A DNA stretch of 64,000 bases, from assembly GCA_050741255.1 (NCBI GenBank), contig JBOIEQ010000002.1, positions 4,782 to 68,781 of the forward strand, in the 5' to 3' direction. Positions 1 through 9,346 of the stretch are shown here, piece by piece. The notes under the pieces are model-generated. The model worked only from the letters and a program-made list of their open reading frames with translations. It did not search any database and had not been told where the DNA came from. The position numbers and the translations under genes are program-made. The stretch's first letter is position 1; each line of letters begins with the position of its first letter. The stretch comes from Burkholderiales bacterium. GTDB lineage: Bacteria; Pseudomonadota; Gammaproteobacteria; Burkholderiales; SG8-41.

Positions 1-1
1 T

Positions 2-985
2 CGCCGCGTGCTGGTGACCGGCGCCGGCGGCTCGATCGGCTCGGAGCTGTGCCGGCAGCTCGCGCGCTTCAATCCGGCGGGGCTCGTGCTGTTCGAGGCG
101 AACGAATACGCGCTCTACACACTGGAGCAGGAGTTCCAGAAACGCTTTCCGGCGGTGCCGCTTGCCTGCGTCATCGGAGATGTGCGCGACGCGGCGCGCG
201 TGGACGCGGTGCTCGCCGCGGAGAAGCCCGCGGCCGTGTTCCATGCCGCCGCCTACAAGCACGTGCCGCTGATGGAGAACGACAACGCCTGGCAGGCCGT
301 GGCAAACAACGTCGCGGGCACGCGCACCGTGGCGCGCGCCGCGATCGCCCACGGCGTGGAGAAGTTCGTGCTGGTCTCCACCGACAAGGCGGTGAATCCG
401 GTCAACGTGATGGGCGCCACCAAGCGGCTGGCGGAACTGGTGTGCCAGGCGCTGCAACCGGAGCAGGGCACACAGTTCGTGTCGGTGCGCTTCGGCAACG
501 TGCTCGGTTCCACCGGCAGCGTGATCCCGAAATTTCGCGAGCAGATCGCGGCGGGCGGGCCCGTGACCGTCACGCACCCCGACATCACGCGCTACTTCAT
601 GTCCATCCCGGAAGCCGCGCAACTCGTGCTGCAGGCGGGTCTGATGGGCCGCGGCGGGCAGATCTTCGTGCTCGACATGGGCGAACCGGTGAAGATCGTC
701 GATCTCGCGCGCGATCTGATCCGCCTGTCCGGCTTTGGTGAAAACGAAATCAAAATTACGTTCTCCGGCCTGCGCCCTGGCGAAAAACTATACGAGGAAC
801 CGCTCGCCGCCGACGAGAATCTGCTGGCAACGCCGCACCCCAAGCTCTACGTCGCCCGCGCGAAAACGGAGGACGCACGCTGGTTCGCCGAGCTGGAAAC
901 CTGGCTCGACGGCGTGACGCCCACCAGCGCCGCCGACGTGCGCACCGGCCTCGCGCACCGGGTGCCGGAATACCGGCCACAGTAG
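2..985 (+). CDS. Polysaccharide biosynthesis protein, CapD/WbpM/PglF-type NAD-dependent nucleotide-sugar 4,6-dehydratase (C-terminal catalytic part, 5' end outside window)
   Basis: The reading frame is open to the window edge. It has a Rossmann motif VTGAGGSIGSEL, AAAYKHVPLME (YxxxK) and STDKAV, as in extended SDR sugar dehydratases. The stop lies 3 nt before the next ATG. Confidence 0.85.
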   Translation, partial: RRVLVTGAGGSIGSELCRQLARFNPAGLVLFEANEYALYTLEQEFQKRFPAVPLACVIGDVRDAARVDAVLAAEKPAAVFHAAAYKHVPLMENDNAWQAVANNVAGTRTVARAAIAHGVEKFVLVSTDKAVNPVNVMGATKRLAELVCQALQPEQGTQFVSVRFGNVLGSTGSVIPKFREQIAAGGPVTVTHPDITRYFMSIPEAAQLVLQAGLMGRGGQIFVLDMGEPVKIVDLARDLIRLSGFGENEIKITFSGLRPGEKLYEEPLAADENLLATPHPKLYVARAKTEDARWFAELETWLDGVTPTSAADVRTGLAHRVPEYRPQ

Positions 986-987
986 CC

Positions 988-2205
988 ATGGCGGGCCGTC
1001 TCGAACGCGCACGGGCCGGCGCCTACGGCGGCGCCCGCTGGGGCGCGATCGCACTGGGCATGTCGATTCCCGTTTCCATCGCGGGCGACAACATTCTCTG
1101 CGGTTTGATCCTGCTCGCCTGGCTCGCCAGCAGCCGGTTGCGCGAAGCCGGCGTGCGACTGCAGACGAACGCGCCCGCCATCGTCGGCCTCGCGCTGTGG
1201 GCCGCGCTGGCCGTGGGCCTCGCGTGGGGAGTCTGCGATCCCGGCGACGGCACGCAGATGCTGGGCAAGTACGCGGACCTGCTGCTGATCCCGGTGTTCG
1301 CCCTGCTGTTTGCCGACGCGCGCGACCGGCGGCGGGGACTCATAGCCTATCTTGCGGCCATGGGCGTGACGCTGGCGCTATCCCTCGCGCTCGCCGCCGG
1401 CATCATCCCCTCCCGCGAGTTTCGCGAGGAAATACCGTACGTGTTCAAGCTGTGGCTGACGCAGAACATCCTGATGGCGATCGGCGCCTACTTGTGCTGG
1501 CTGTTCGGTCGCGACGCGGCCACTGTCCGCGCGCGCGCCGCCTGGTGGGCGGCGGCCGCGCTCGCCGGCCTCAATGTGCTGCTGATGGTGCCCGGCCGTA
1601 GCGGCATGCTGATGCTCGGCCTGCTCGCACTGTACGCCGCCTGGACGTGGCGCGGCTGGCGCGCGCTGGGGCTGGCGATCGCGATCGGCGCCGCGGGTGC
1701 GGCCTTTGCCGCGGTTGCGCTGCCGTCGGTAGCCGGGCGCTTCGCACAGATTGCGACCGAGGCCCGCGACTGGCAACCCGGGCATCCCACCTGGACCTCA
1801 ACCGGCCAGCGCCTCGAGTTCTATCGCGTGAGCCTCGGCCTGATCGCCGCTCATCCGCTCGCCGGCTCGGGCACCGGCAGTTTCGCGCTCGCTTACCGCG
1901 AGGCAGTGGCCGGCACGAACCTCGAACCCACCCGCAACCCGCATAACGAATACCTGCTGCTCGGCGTGCAACTCGGCGTGGGCGGTGTGGTGCTGCTCAT
2001 CGCGCTGTGGATTGCACTGTGGACCGCTGCGGCGCGCCTGCCGCCGCTGGAACGCGATCTCGCGCGCGGGCTGGCACTCGCCTTCGCTGCCGGCTGTTTG
2101 TTCAACTCGCTGCTGCTCGACCACACCGAGGGCCTGCTGTTCGCGTGGCTGGCCGGCCTTGCCACCGGCGCGCTGCCGACACGCGGCGTCAGAGCCTCCG
2201 TATGA
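988..2205 (+). CDS. O-antigen ligase family membrane protein (WaaL-like)
   Basis: Polytopic hydrophobic protein with a Wzy_C-type loop (RNPHNEYLLLGVQLGVGG). Its stop overlaps the next start (ATGA at 2202-2205). Confidence 0.7.
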   Translation: MAGRLERARAGAYGGARWGAIALGMSIPVSIAGDNILCGLILLAWLASSRLREAGVRLQTNAPAIVGLALWAALAVGLAWGVCDPGDGTQMLGKYADLLLIPVFALLFADARDRRRGLIAYLAAMGVTLALSLALAAGIIPSREFREEIPYVFKLWLTQNILMAIGAYLCWLFGRDAATVRARAAWWAAAALAGLNVLLMVPGRSGMLMLGLLALYAAWTWRGWRALGLAIAIGAAGAAFAAVALPSVAGRFAQIATEARDWQPGHPTWTSTGQRLEFYRVSLGLIAAHPLAGSGTGSFALAYREAVAGTNLEPTRNPHNEYLLLGVQLGVGGVVLLIALWIALWTAAARLPPLERDLARGLALAFAAGCLFNSLLLDHTEGLLFAWLAGLATGALPTRGVRASV

Positions 2206-2951
2206 CGCTCTCCGTGATCGTGATCGCGAAGAACGAAGCCGCGGTCATCCGCCGCTGTCTCGATTCGGTGGCGTGGGCCGATGAACGCATCGTGCTCGAT
2301 TCCGGCAGCGCCGACGGCACGCCCGACCTTGCACGCGGCTGCGGCGCCCGCGTCGAAACCACGGCCGACTGGCCTGGCTACGGCCCGCAGAAGAATCGCG
2401 CGCTGGCCTTCGCCACCGGCGACTGGGTGCTCTCGCTCGACGCCGATGAATGGGTAACGCCGGAATTGCGCGCCGAGATCGAACGTGCGATGCGCGCGGA
2501 ATCCTCTCCCGCCTGGCGCATGCCGCGCTCGTCGAGCTACTGCGGCCGCTTCATGCGCCACTCGGGCTGGTGGCCCGATCACGTCACGCGGCTCTTCCGC
2601 CGCGGTGCCGCGCGCTTCTCCGACGATCTGGTGCACGAGCGGCTGGTGGTCGATGGTGCAACCGGCATGCTGGCGGCACCGCTCATGCACGAAGCGATCC
2701 GCGACCTCGCGGACGCGCGGCACAAGATGGACAGCTACTCCACCGCCAGCGCCGAGATGCTGTACCAGCGCGGCGTGCGGGCGTCCACCGCCAAGGCCGT
2801 GCTGCACGGCGCGTGGACTTTCCTGCGCACCTACGTGCTGCGGGCGGGCTTTCTCGACGGGCGCGAAGGCTTATGGCTCGCGGTCACCAATGCGGGCGGC
2901 ACCTACCACCGTTACGCCAAGCTCGCGCGGAAATGGCGGACGGGCACATGA
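2202..2951 (+). CDS. Glycosyltransferase family 2 (LPS core type)
   Basis: Internal ATG of ORF 2007..2951. N-terminus MTLSVIVIAKNEAAVIRRCLDSV and a DAD (DxD) motif in LSLDADEW. ATGA overlap with the upstream gene. Confidence 0.8.
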   Translation: MTLSVIVIAKNEAAVIRRCLDSVAWADERIVLDSGSADGTPDLARGCGARVETTADWPGYGPQKNRALAFATGDWVLSLDADEWVTPELRAEIERAMRAESSPAWRMPRSSSYCGRFMRHSGWWPDHVTRLFRRGAARFSDDLVHERLVVDGATGMLAAPLMHEAIRDLADARHKMDSYSTASAEMLYQRGVRASTAKAVLHGAWTFLRTYVLRAGFLDGREGLWLAVTNAGGTYHRYAKLARKWRTGT

Positions 2952-3754
2952 AAACCGCCGTCGTCGTCACCACCTACAACCGGCCCGCGGCACTGACGCT
3001 CGCGCTGGAAGGATTCGGCGCGCAAAGCACGCACGACTTCAGCCTGATCGTCGCCGACGACGGTTCCACCGACGACACGCGCACGCTGGTAATGGACTAC
3101 GCGAAGCGCGCGCCGGTGCCGGTCACGCATGTCTGGCAGGAAGACGAGGGCTTCCGTGCCGCCGCCATCCGCAACCGCGCGATCGCCGCGACGGACGCCG
3201 ACTACGTCATCTTCACCGACGGCGACTGCGTGCCCTCGCACACGTTTGTCGCGCAGCACCAGCGGCTGGCCGAACGCGGCTGGTTCCTCGCCGGCAACCG
3301 CGTGCTCCTGTCCGAGACCTTCACGCGCCGTGCGGAACACGAGCGCCTGCCGCTGCATGCGTGGACGCCCGCGCAATGGGTGTGGGCATGGCTGCGGCGC
3401 GACGTGAACCGCCTGCTGCCGCTCGTCGCACTGCCCGACGGTGCGTTTCGCCGGCGGCAGCCCGCCCGCTGGGAAGGCGTGAAGACCTGCAACCTCTCCG
3501 CGTGGCGCGACGACCTCGTCCGCGTGAACGGCCTCGACGAGTCCTACGCGGGCTGGGGCCTGGAGGATTCCGATCTCGCCGTGCGGCTGCTGCGCGCCGG
3601 CGTGCGGCACAAGACCGCGCGCTTCGCGGCGCCGCTGTTCCACCTGTGGCACCGCGAGAACGACCGCAGCGCGCTGCCCGAGAACCGGCGCCGCCTCGAC
3701 GAAGTGCTGCGTGCGGACCGCATCCGCGCGCAACTGGGTCTCGACCGCTATTGA
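2948..3754 (+). CDS. Glycosyltransferase family 2
   Basis: Internal ATG of ORF 2450..3754. MKTAVVVTTYNRPAALTLAL, IVADDGSTDDT and FTDGDCV are GT-A signatures. ATGA overlap at 2948-2951. Confidence 0.8.
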   Translation: MKTAVVVTTYNRPAALTLALEGFGAQSTHDFSLIVADDGSTDDTRTLVMDYAKRAPVPVTHVWQEDEGFRAAAIRNRAIAATDADYVIFTDGDCVPSHTFVAQHQRLAERGWFLAGNRVLLSETFTRRAEHERLPLHAWTPAQWVWAWLRRDVNRLLPLVALPDGAFRRRQPARWEGVKTCNLSAWRDDLVRVNGLDESYAGWGLEDSDLAVRLLRAGVRHKTARFAAPLFHLWHRENDRSALPENRRRLDEVLRADRIRAQLGLDRY

Positions 3755-4827
3755 TGGCCACACCGCGACGCGCGCTGGTGGTCGTGCCGCGCCGGCTGGG
3801 CGACGTGCTGCTCGCCACGCCGGTCATGCGCTCGCTCAAGCGGGCGTACCCGGACTGTCGGGTGGATGCGCTGGTGTTCGCCGGCACGGAAGCGATCCTC
3901 GCCGGCAATCCCGATGTGGACGCCGTGCTGACGATCGCCGAGCGCCCCACCGCCGGTGACCATGCCGCGCTCGCGCGACGCGTTTTCCGCCGCTACGACC
4001 TTGCGCTGTCGCTGGTGCCCGGCGACCGGTCCACGCTCTACGCCTGGTGCGCCGGCCGGCAGAGCGCCGGGCTGGTCGTGGACGAACCCAAACACGCGTG
4101 GAAGAAAGCGCTGCTCGGCCGCTGGGTGCCTTTCGACGACCGCGGCACGCATACCGTGGCGATGCATCTGCGGCTCATCGAAGCGCTCGGCATTCCGCCC
4201 GTGCCCGAGGTCGTCGCGAGCTGGCGGCCCGCCGATGCCGAGGCCGCACGCGCGGCGCTCGTCGCACAGGGCGTGACCGGCGCCTATGCCGTGCTGCATC
4301 CCTTTCCGAAGTTCCGTTACAAGCAATGGCCCGTCGCGAACTGGGCCGCCGTTGCGGACTGGTTGCGTGTGCGCGGACTCGCCGTGGTGCTGACAGGCGG
4401 GCCCGATCCGGCCGAGCGCGCCTTTTGCGCCGACATCGCGAAGCAGGCGCCGGTCGCGAACCTCGCCGGCGCGCTGTCGCTACCGGCCACCGCCTGCGTC
4501 ATCGCCGGTGCCCGTGCCTACGTCGGCCCGGATACCGCGACGACGCACCTCGCGGCCGCGCTTGGCGTGCCGACGGTGGCGCTGTTCGGCCCGACCGATC
4601 CGCTCAAGTGGGGGCCGTGGCCGCGCGCGCACCGGACGCTGGATAATCCGTGGCGCCGCGTCGGCAGCCAACGCGCAGACAATGTGGCCCTCATGCAGGG
4701 CACGATCGCGTGCACGCCCTGCCTGCTGGAAGGCTGCGACCGCCACGTCGACAGCACCGCCGACTGCCTGACCCATCTGCCGCCGCGCGCGGTGATCGCC
4801 GCCCTGGAACACTTTCTCACTCCATGA
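3754..4827 (+). CDS. Glycosyltransferase family 9 (LPS heptosyltransferase-like)
   Basis: Internal ATG of ORF 2485..4827. ALVVVPRRLGDVLLATPVMRSLKRAYPDCRVDAL and GPDTATTHLAAALGVPTVALFGPT are typical of GT9. The start overlaps the upstream stop by 1 nt. Confidence 0.8.
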   Translation: MATPRRALVVVPRRLGDVLLATPVMRSLKRAYPDCRVDALVFAGTEAILAGNPDVDAVLTIAERPTAGDHAALARRVFRRYDLALSLVPGDRSTLYAWCAGRQSAGLVVDEPKHAWKKALLGRWVPFDDRGTHTVAMHLRLIEALGIPPVPEVVASWRPADAEAARAALVAQGVTGAYAVLHPFPKFRYKQWPVANWAAVADWLRVRGLAVVLTGGPDPAERAFCADIAKQAPVANLAGALSLPATACVIAGARAYVGPDTATTHLAAALGVPTVALFGPTDPLKWGPWPRAHRTLDNPWRRVGSQRADNVALMQGTIACTPCLLEGCDRHVDSTADCLTHLPPRAVIAALEHFLTP

Positions 4828-5678
4828 CCGACCCTGCCCTGATCAGCCACTGCCCCGTCGGCTGCGCGTCCACGCTGACGCCCATGGACATCGTCCGGCC
4901 GGAGGGCGCTCTGCTGCGCTGTTCCGCGTGCGGGCAGCTCGTGAGCCAGATCGGCGCCGCCGCCTACGCGCGTTCGATGCAGGCCTTCGACGCGGCGGAT
5001 TTCAACCGCCCGGATCCCCGCGCGGCCGAACGCCGGCAGCGCGTCGCGCGCAAACGGCTTGCACGTATCGCACAACTGCTCGGCCGCGGACCGGCCGGCG
5101 CGACCCTCGTGGACGTCGGGTGTTCACGCGGCGACTTCGTCGCCGCCGCCAGCGCCTTCGGCTTCACCGCGGAAGGCGTCGAGCCGGCGCCGCACATCGC
5201 CGAAGCCGCGCGTGCCGCCGGCCGCGACGTCAAAACCGGTCTGCTGGACGATCAACGTTATCCCGACGCGCGCTTCGACGCCGTCACGCTGTTCGAGGTG
5301 ATCGAGCACCTCGCGCAACCGCTGCCGCTGCTCACGGAGATCCGGCGCATCCTCAAGCCGGGCGGCGTGCTCCTGGTCTCCACCGGCAACGGCGCAAGCT
5401 GGACCGCGCGGGCGTTAAAGGGACGCTGGGACTATTTCAGCATCGAGAAGGATGCGGGCCACGTCAGCTTCTACAACCCACGCTCGATCGCGCTGGCGGC
5501 GGAACGGGCGGGGCTCACCGCGGCAAGAATTGAAACCGCGCGGGTGCGGCTGGCGGAGAAAGATCAGGTCGCTGCGCCGCTGTATGTCGCCGCTAAGATC
5601 GGGGGGGAACTCGCCAACCCGTTGGCGCGGGTGCTGGGGCGAGGGCACGATCTGCTGGCTTACCTGCGTAAATCCTGA
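4824..5678 (+). CDS. Class I SAM-dependent methyltransferase with N-terminal Cys-rich (zinc-ribbon-like) segment
   Basis: Internal ATG of ORF 4650..5678. It has C-x3-C ... C-x2-C at the N-terminus, SAM motif I LVDVGCSRGDF and LKPGGVLLVST. ATGA overlap with the GT9 gene. Confidence 0.7.
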   Translation: MTDPALISHCPVGCASTLTPMDIVRPEGALLRCSACGQLVSQIGAAAYARSMQAFDAADFNRPDPRAAERRQRVARKRLARIAQLLGRGPAGATLVDVGCSRGDFVAAASAFGFTAEGVEPAPHIAEAARAAGRDVKTGLLDDQRYPDARFDAVTLFEVIEHLAQPLPLLTEIRRILKPGGVLLVSTGNGASWTARALKGRWDYFSIEKDAGHVSFYNPRSIALAAERAGLTAARIETARVRLAEKDQVAAPLYVAAKIGGELANPLARVLGRGHDLLAYLRKS

Positions 5679-5765
5679 CTTTCTGCTCCCGTGACGAGAG
5701 GCGCCGCGCTACAGGCGGACTTACTGGCGCTTGCCGATACTACCGGGTTGCGTTAGCATCAGCAG

Positions 5766-6047
5766 ATGGCCATCCTGTCGTTCAGGTGCGCCGAAACGCA
5801 GCAGCTCTTCAACGGGCAACGCGTAAAACGGTTCGTCAACTTCGAGGCGGTGGCCATGCGCAAACTGGCGATGCTGAACCGGGCAGGCAGACTGGATGAT
5901 TTGCGGGTACCGCCCGGCAACCGCCTCGAAGCCCTCAAGGGCCGGCGGGCCGGTCAGCACAGCGTGCGCGTGAACGATCAGTTCCGTGTCTGTTTTGTCT
6001 GGACCCCCGCCGGTCCGCAAGCTGTGGAAATCGTGGACTACCATTGA
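5766..6047 (+). CDS. higB: HigB-type (RelE superfamily) toxin, plasmid maintenance system killer family
   Basis: 93 aa ending ...VEIVDYH, with the RLEALKG...SVRVNDQFRVCF pattern of HigB-like killers. It sits immediately upstream of and overlapping an XRE-type antitoxin (toxin-first order). Confidence 0.8.
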   Translation: MAILSFRCAETQQLFNGQRVKRFVNFEAVAMRKLAMLNRAGRLDDLRVPPGNRLEALKGRRAGQHSVRVNDQFRVCFVWTPAGPQAVEIVDYH

Positions 6048-6058
6048 CGGAGAACACC

Positions 6059-6370
6059 ATGCGCAAGATTCCCTACCCTCGTCCCGGTGAAATCCTCATC
6101 GAGGAATTCCTCAAGCCGATGGAGATCACCCAGTACCGGCTCGCCAAGGAAATCGGCGTGCCGCAGCGGCGGATCGGCGAAATCGTCGCGGGTACGCGTG
6201 CCATCACGACCGATACCGGACTTCGCCTGTCGCGGTTTTTCGGCATGTCCGATGGTTTCTGGATCGGTTTGCAGGCGGACTACGATGCCGCCATGGCCAA
6301 GGATGCACTGGCGGGGACGCTCGAAAAAATTCGTCCCTGGGCGCAGCCGCGTGGGCGAGCGGTTGCTTGA
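6059..6370 (+). CDS. higA: HigA-type antitoxin (XRE helix-turn-helix)
   Basis: PGEILIEEFLKPMEITQYRLAKEIGVPQRRIGEIVAGTRAITTDTGLRLSRFFG is the HigA HTH signature. ATG 6059 has GGAG 6 nt upstream; the ORF track begins at TTG 6044. Confidence 0.85.
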   Translation: MRKIPYPRPGEILIEEFLKPMEITQYRLAKEIGVPQRRIGEIVAGTRAITTDTGLRLSRFFGMSDGFWIGLQADYDAAMAKDALAGTLEKIRPWAQPRGRAVA

Positions 6371-6455
6371 ACAACGATCGGAAGAGCCGCCTGTCTGACA
6401 CCATCAATTCCGGACGCGGGCACGACTTATTGGCTTATTTACGACCCAGTTATTC

Positions 6456-6644
6456 ATGAATGACAAGACCGCACAGAATCTAAGCATCGGCGTAATTTGC
6501 GTCCTAGCTTACTTATCCTTGTTTGAGGTTGTTCCGATTTGGATTCTTGTTTTGATATTTCTCGTGGGATTTGTATTTATGTCTAAAGGAATAGTCGGTT
6601 GCTTCAAAGACCTTTCTAGGCAAAGCGATAAAGAGAAACGATAG
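6456..6644 (+). CDS. Hypothetical small membrane protein in an AT-rich patch
   Basis: 62-aa ORF with one long hydrophobic stretch (two TM helices possible) and a charged tail. There is no clear RBS and the local composition is far more AT-rich than the flanks. Confidence 0.3.
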   Translation: MNDKTAQNLSIGVICVLAYLSLFEVVPIWILVLIFLVGFVFMSKGIVGCFKDLSRQSDKEKR

Positions 6645-6719
6645 CGGTCGGCCATAAATCAGAAGCATAGAAGAATATGAGCAATGGTCTCCGTTGCTCA
6701 ACACACTGGCGTCCCAAAG

Positions 6720-8117
6720 CTATCGCGCGTCACATGCCGAGCCCCGACACAGCAGCAACACCTCATCCCCGCCCAGCTTGAACCGCTCGACCACACGCCC
6801 CTGCGCTGCGTCACCCTCCTCGGCGATCGCATAAGCGTTATCCCAACCCTCCGGCGCCCACACGATCGCCGGCGCGGGCCAGCGGCGCGTATCGAGGTAG
6901 CCGATCACGCTCAGTCCTGCGGCGGTATCGTTTAGCGTATACAGCGTACGATCGCCCACCCGGGCCTGGATCGCGGCGGCGATGTCCGCGTAATTCTTGC
7001 CGCGGTAGTGATGCTGATACCAGGGAAAGAGCGCCACCGCGAACAGCAGCTTGAGCCCGACCATGACCGCCATGCAGCGGACGGCGAGTTTTACCGCGCG
7101 CGGCCCGGCCTGCCACACGACGAGCCCCAGGGCGAGGGCGAACAGCGGGAACACCGGCAGCAGGTAGCGCACGTTGCTCTGCGGCGAGGCCCAGTACGGC
7201 AGGCAGTTGATCAGCGCGATGGCCAGCGCGAGCACGACCGTCGCGCGCCGGACCCCCAGCGTCCCGCGATAGCGCCACAGGCACCACGCCGCCAGCGCAG
7301 TGGCCGGCAACAGTCGTCCCGCAAGCTTCAGCGGGAAAATCGCGTAATTCGTCCATGACACGTCGCTGGCGCCGGCGTCGAAGCGCGAGGCCGTGTAGTT
7401 CAGCATGCCGGTGAGCCGCGACAGGTCGCCGCGCACCGCCAGCAGCCACAGCACGGGCGCGGCCGCCATCGCGAGATGCAGCACCAGCGAGGGCGCCGAG
7501 AGCAGGAAGCGCCGCCGCCGGGCATCCACCGCGAGCGCGATAAAGGCGACGCCGTAGAACACGTAGGCCGTGATCGCCTTGGTGAGATAGGCGGCCGTCA
7601 TAGCCAGCACGGCGAGCGCGAGCCAGCCGGCGCGCTGACGTTCGCACGCGACCCACAGGCAGGCGATGCCCGCGAAGATGAAGAAGGCGAACACGGGATC
7701 GACATAGGCCAGCCAGCCACGGTAGAACAGCACGTCGGCGAGAGTCAGGTATGTGAGTGCGACGAACAACGCGGTTGCGCGGTCCCGCGTGAGCGCGCCG
7801 GCCAGCCAGCCCGCGAGCGCGGCGCTGCCGAGCGTCGCCGCGATGGTGACCGCGCGCGCGGCGATCAGCACCTGCGGCCACCCGATGACCGAGGCCACGG
7901 CCGCGACCAGCCAATTCGAGAAGGTCTCGTGCTGCAGCGGCAGGCCGTACAGCCGGCGATCGAACCACTGCCCGTTCTGCGCCATCTCCAGCGCGGAGAT
8001 GGTGGTCACCGCCTCCTCGCCGACGGCGTAGTAGAACAGCGCGGGGATGAAGCTCGCCGCCGCCAGCGCGAGAAGCACGCGCAGCGAACGCTCCGACACC
8101 GTGACTGCGGCGTTCAT
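6720..8117 (-). CDS. GT-C fold glycosyltransferase, ArnT / PMT (GT39/GT83)-like, polyprenyl-phosphate-sugar dependent
   Basis: 465-aa polytopic protein with an acidic first-loop motif (YYAVGEEAVTTISALEMAQNG) resembling the DE motif of ArnT/PMT enzymes. ATGA overlap with the upstream gene. Confidence 0.7.
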   Translation of the reverse strand: MNAAVTVSERSLRVLLALAAASFIPALFYYAVGEEAVTTISALEMAQNGQWFDRRLYGLPLQHETFSNWLVAAVASVIGWPQVLIAARAVTIAATLGSAALAGWLAGALTRDRATALFVALTYLTLADVLFYRGWLAYVDPVFAFFIFAGIACLWVACERQRAGWLALAVLAMTAAYLTKAITAYVFYGVAFIALAVDARRRRFLLSAPSLVLHLAMAAAPVLWLLAVRGDLSRLTGMLNYTASRFDAGASDVSWTNYAIFPLKLAGRLLPATALAAWCLWRYRGTLGVRRATVVLALAIALINCLPYWASPQSNVRYLLPVFPLFALALGLVVWQAGPRAVKLAVRCMAVMVGLKLLFAVALFPWYQHHYRGKNYADIAAAIQARVGDRTLYTLNDTAAGLSVIGYLDTRRWPAPAIVWAPEGWDNAYAIAEEGDAAQGRVVERFKLGGDEVLLLCRGSACDAR

Positions 8118-9346
8118 CTGGCAGCCATCGCGCGTAGGCGCGATTCCGCGACCGCGCGCAACGGCTCACCGCGATACACGCCGGGGCGCAGCGCTCCAGA
8201 GCGACGTTCCTCCCAGTAGCGGCTGAAGACGCGGAGGAAACACGGCGGCAGCGCGTGGTGGGCATCGACGAACTCGGCGTCGGTGCAACCGTAGCGTTCG
8301 GAGGCGGCCGCATCAAGGACGGTCACGCGATGCTGCACACCCCAGGCCGCGAGCGTGTCGGTCCAGTGCCGGAGCGCGCTCGCAGCGGCCGGGTTGGCGA
8401 CGACCGCACGCTCGATGCCCGGCAGGAGTGGCGGCACCAGCACGATCAGATCACCGCCGCGCGCCTGCAGTATCGCGGCGATCACGGCGAGGCGATCGAG
8501 CGCGGCGGCCGGCGGTTCGCCCCTGGCGCGCACGAGCGGGGCCACGTACGGCGAGTCGGGCCGCGCGGCCGCGGCCAGCACGGCGGGTGCGGTTACCGGC
8601 GTCAATGGTTTGAGATTGCCGAAGGTCGCGCTGCCGTCGAAGCGGAAACCGACGCAACGCCCGCGGTGAATGGTGTCGAAGTCGCGCGCGGGTGTGCCGT
8701 CGGCGCAGGTGTAATCAACGCCGGGTCCGTCGAGGAACACGGCGCGGAAGGCTTGAGCCGCATCCGGCGCGCGCAGGATGCTACGCAGCGCGCGCACCAG
8801 GTCGCGCACGCGCGGCGCCGACAGCGCGTCGGCCAGCAGCGCAAGGCGTCCGGGCCGCGGCGGGCCCGCGACGGCTTCGGGCCCGAGCAGCTGCGCCGCC
8901 GTCGGCGTACCGAGCGGCTCGAAGACCAGCCCGATCGCCCAGTCGAGCGGCACCACCAGCCACTGCACTTTCGTCTGCGCGACCAGCGCCTCCGCCTCCA
9001 CCAGCGCGGGGCCGAGCAGATTCGCGGACTGGCTGAAGTTGTAAGCGCGGAGCTCCCCCGGAAACGCATCGACGGACAGTCCCATGACGGTCGACGACCC
9101 GAGCACCAGCACGTTGACGTGCGGCAACCGGTCGGCGAGGCGCAGCACCTTGAACGGGCGGTTCTGCGACAGCGGCGGCGAGTAGGTCACCCCGCGCGTC
9201 GCCTGCTGCCATGCGCTCGCTTCGCGCGCGAGGCGCTCGCCGCCGAACGAACGCTGGACCAGCACATAGTTGGCGGCCGCGATCGGCACCAGCACGAGCG
9301 CCACGACGCCGAACAGAATCCACAGGTAACGACGGTAGTCGCTCAT
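8114..9346 (-). CDS. Membrane-anchored DltD/AlgJ-like (SGNH-like) protein, probable partner of the MBOAT
   Basis: Internal ATG of ORF 8114..9841. It has an N-terminal anchor YLWILFGVVALVLVPIAAANYVL, a candidate nucleophile in VLVLGSSTVMG and a C-terminal DAHH (DxxH). Its start codon overlaps the MBOAT stop by 1 nt. Confidence 0.5.
   Translation of the reverse strand: MSDYRRYLWILFGVVALVLVPIAAANYVLVQRSFGGERLAREASAWQQATRGVTYSPPLSQNRPFKVLRLADRLPHVNVLVLGSSTVMGLSVDAFPGELRAYNFSQSANLLGPALVEAEALVAQTKVQWLVVPLDWAIGLVFEPLGTPTAAQLLGPEAVAGPPRPGRLALLADALSAPRVRDLVRALRSILRAPDAAQAFRAVFLDGPGVDYTCADGTPARDFDTIHRGRCVGFRFDGSATFGNLKPLTPVTAPAVLAAAARPDSPYVAPLVRARGEPPAAALDRLAVIAAILQARGGDLIVLVPPLLPGIERAVVANPAAASALRHWTDTLAAWGVQHRVTVLDAAASERYGCTDAEFVDAHHALPPCFLRVFSRYWEERRSGALRPGVYRGEPLRAVAESRLRAMAAR

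Noticed and set aside
2485-3753. N-terminal 423 residues of the 780-aa ORF 2485..4827. Analogous upstream extensions occur in ORFs 2007, 2450, 4650, 8114..9841, 11980..13146, 13293..14384, 31315..32796, 43481..44896 and 48432..49508.
   Set aside because: The extensions overlap the preceding well-supported genes in another frame and are Arg/Ala-rich. The family-typical N-termini begin at internal starts that overlap the upstream stop codons.
6684-6935. 83-aa plus-strand ORF following the AT-rich patch.
   Set aside because: It overlaps the 3' end of the ArnT-like gene on the opposite strand and has no RBS or motif. It is probably spurious.
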